A DNA stretch of 64,000 nt from an uncultured delta proteobacterium (GTDB taxonomy: Bacteria; Desulfobacterota; Binatia; HRBIN30; BPIQ01): positions 320,001 through 384,000 of the forward strand of contig CAVXGR010000016.1 in the NCBI GenBank assembly GCA_963761335.1. The letters run 5' to 3'. The position numbers were made by a program, and so were the translations under genes. Below the pieces are notes generated by a model. The model was not told the DNA's origin. It ran no database searches and saw only the letters and a list, made by a program, of their open reading frames with translations. Positions 62,746-64,000 of this stretch are shown one piece after another (the stretch's first letter is position 1; each line of letters opens with the position of its first letter).

Positions 62746-64000
62746 ATGCCCCTCGTCTTCCTGCCCGACCGCCGTGAGCTCTTCCTCTGGGGAGAAGGCC
62801 AGGCCGTGCGCGGCTCGAACGGTCTGGCGTCGCACGGTAAGCCGGCTGCCGCCACCGTCATCGCCCCGAACAAGCGGGCGGAGGTCGACGGGGTCGCGCT
62901 GCCGCTGTTCGAGACCGTGGCTCGTCTCGCCGTGATCCCGGCGGCCGACCTTCCGGCGCTGTCCGGCTCGATTGCGACCTGGGCGCTGGCGAGCAAGCTC
63001 GCTCTGGACCTGGTCAGTCGAGAACGAGTGGTGCCGACCGTGGCTCGCCGTGAGGCGGCAGTGGAGGCGCGGTGGGGCGCGGCCCTGTCGGCTGCGGAGG
63101 ACGCCTCGCAGGTCGCTGCCATCGCCCGCAGCATGCCGCCCTCGGCCCACGCCGTATCGGCGCCCGGTGGTCGCGATCGGGAGGTCTGGGCGCCCGAGGC
63201 TCTCCTGCGGGCTTTTCTGGACGCCGCCGTCGATGCACTGGTGCGCGCCGCGCGCGGCGCTCCCGACCTGCCGGCGCCGGAGCGGCCACGACGCAAGCGG
63301 CACGACGACGACTACACGGCGTGGGAGCAGCGCTGGCGCGCGGCCCTGGAGGGAAGCGACGGTACGTTCGAGGCCGCAGGCTTCGCCGAGCGAACCCTGG
63401 CCGAAGATCTCCGCCGGTGGAGCCAGCCGGCCCTCGGCGCCGGTGACCGCCTGCGGGCCTGCTTCCGCTTGGAGCTGCCCGAGACCGATCGCGACCCCTT
63501 CACGCTTCGCTTCCTGCTGCAGTCGCCGGACGACCCCAGCCTGCTGGTCCCTGCGGCCGAGGTGTGGAGCACCCGGGGCCGCAGCCTCGCCAAGCTCGGT
63601 CGCGCCTTCCGCGATCCCCAGGAGTCCCTGCTCGAAGCGTTGGGCCGCAGCGCGCGGCTCTTCGCGCCGCTGGCCGCGGCGCTCGCCGAAGCCAGGCCCG
63701 AGGCGCTCGCCCTCGATGCCGCCGCCGCGTGGGCATTCTTGAGCGAAGGGGCGCCGGCGCTCGCCGAGGCGGGCTTCGGGGTCATCGTTCCGGCCGAGCT
63801 GACCGCCGCTGGTCAACGCCGGCTCCGCTTGCGCATGCGCGTCGGTTCGACCACCAAGGTCGCCGGCGCGGTGGCCGGCGCCGCCGGCCTCGGGCTCGAC
63901 GAGCTGCTCTCCTTCGAATGGGAAGCCGGACTCGGCGATGCACCGCTCTCCGCACGTGAGCTCCAGGCGCTCGCCAGGCGGAAGGCACCGCTCGTGCGCC
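62746..64000 (+). CDS. SNF2-family helicase, N-terminal part (DUF3670-type), truncated by window end
   Basis: Open frame from ATG 62746: RACFRLELP, FLLQSPDDPSLLVPAAEVW, LGRSARLF, AWAFLSEGAPALAEAGFGVIVP, LGLDELLSFEW..LGDAPLS..LARRKAPLVR; ATPase motifs lie outside the window. Confidence 0.82.
   Translation, partial: MPLVFLPDRRELFLWGEGQAVRGSNGLASHGKPAAATVIAPNKRAEVDGVALPLFETVARLAVIPAADLPALSGSIATWALASKLALDLVSRERVVPTVARREAAVEARWGAALSAAEDASQVAAIARSMPPSAHAVSAPGGRDREVWAPEALLRAFLDAAVDALVRAARGAPDLPAPERPRRKRHDDDYTAWEQRWRAALEGSDGTFEAAGFAERTLAEDLRRWSQPALGAGDRLRACFRLELPETDRDPFTLRFLLQSPDDPSLLVPAAEVWSTRGRSLAKLGRAFRDPQESLLEALGRSARLFAPLAAALAEARPEALALDAAAAWAFLSEGAPALAEAGFGVIVPAELTAAGQRRLRLRMRVGSTTKVAGAVAGAAGLGLDELLSFEWEAGLGDAPLSARELQALARRKAPLVR

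Overview
A 64-kb GC-rich bacterial chromosomal segment. The Cys-x-GDC dockerin-like surface proteins, MYXO-CTERM-like tail and F420-type LLM enzyme suggest a Binatia/deltaproteobacterial-type genome, but this is inference. The left part is largely housekeeping: korAB, rng, a TIGR03960/TIGR03936 radical SAM fusion, an HNH protein and an 8-PAS histidine kinase. The middle holds a B12-dependent CarH/LitR photoregulator cluster (acyltransferase, lipocalin, DUF1295, DUF2878, chalcone-isomerase-like) and a PqqD/RRE + HPr-kinase-like + five-glycosyltransferase locus whose PqqD carries a lasso-leader-like tail. The right part has large secreted Cys-rich proteins, two sulfatases, and an IS1380-family element next to a truncated AraC paralog. 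It also has a type I-G (I-U) CRISPR-Cas effector module (frameshifted cas3, csx17/cas8g, csb1/cas7g, csb2) with no cas1/cas2/cas4 and no visible array, but with a translationally coupled small ORF + nucleotidyltransferase pair inside the operon. An SNF2-type helicase runs off the end. Several small palindromic/MITE-like elements lie in intergenic gaps. All calls come from reading motifs by eye; no database searches were run.
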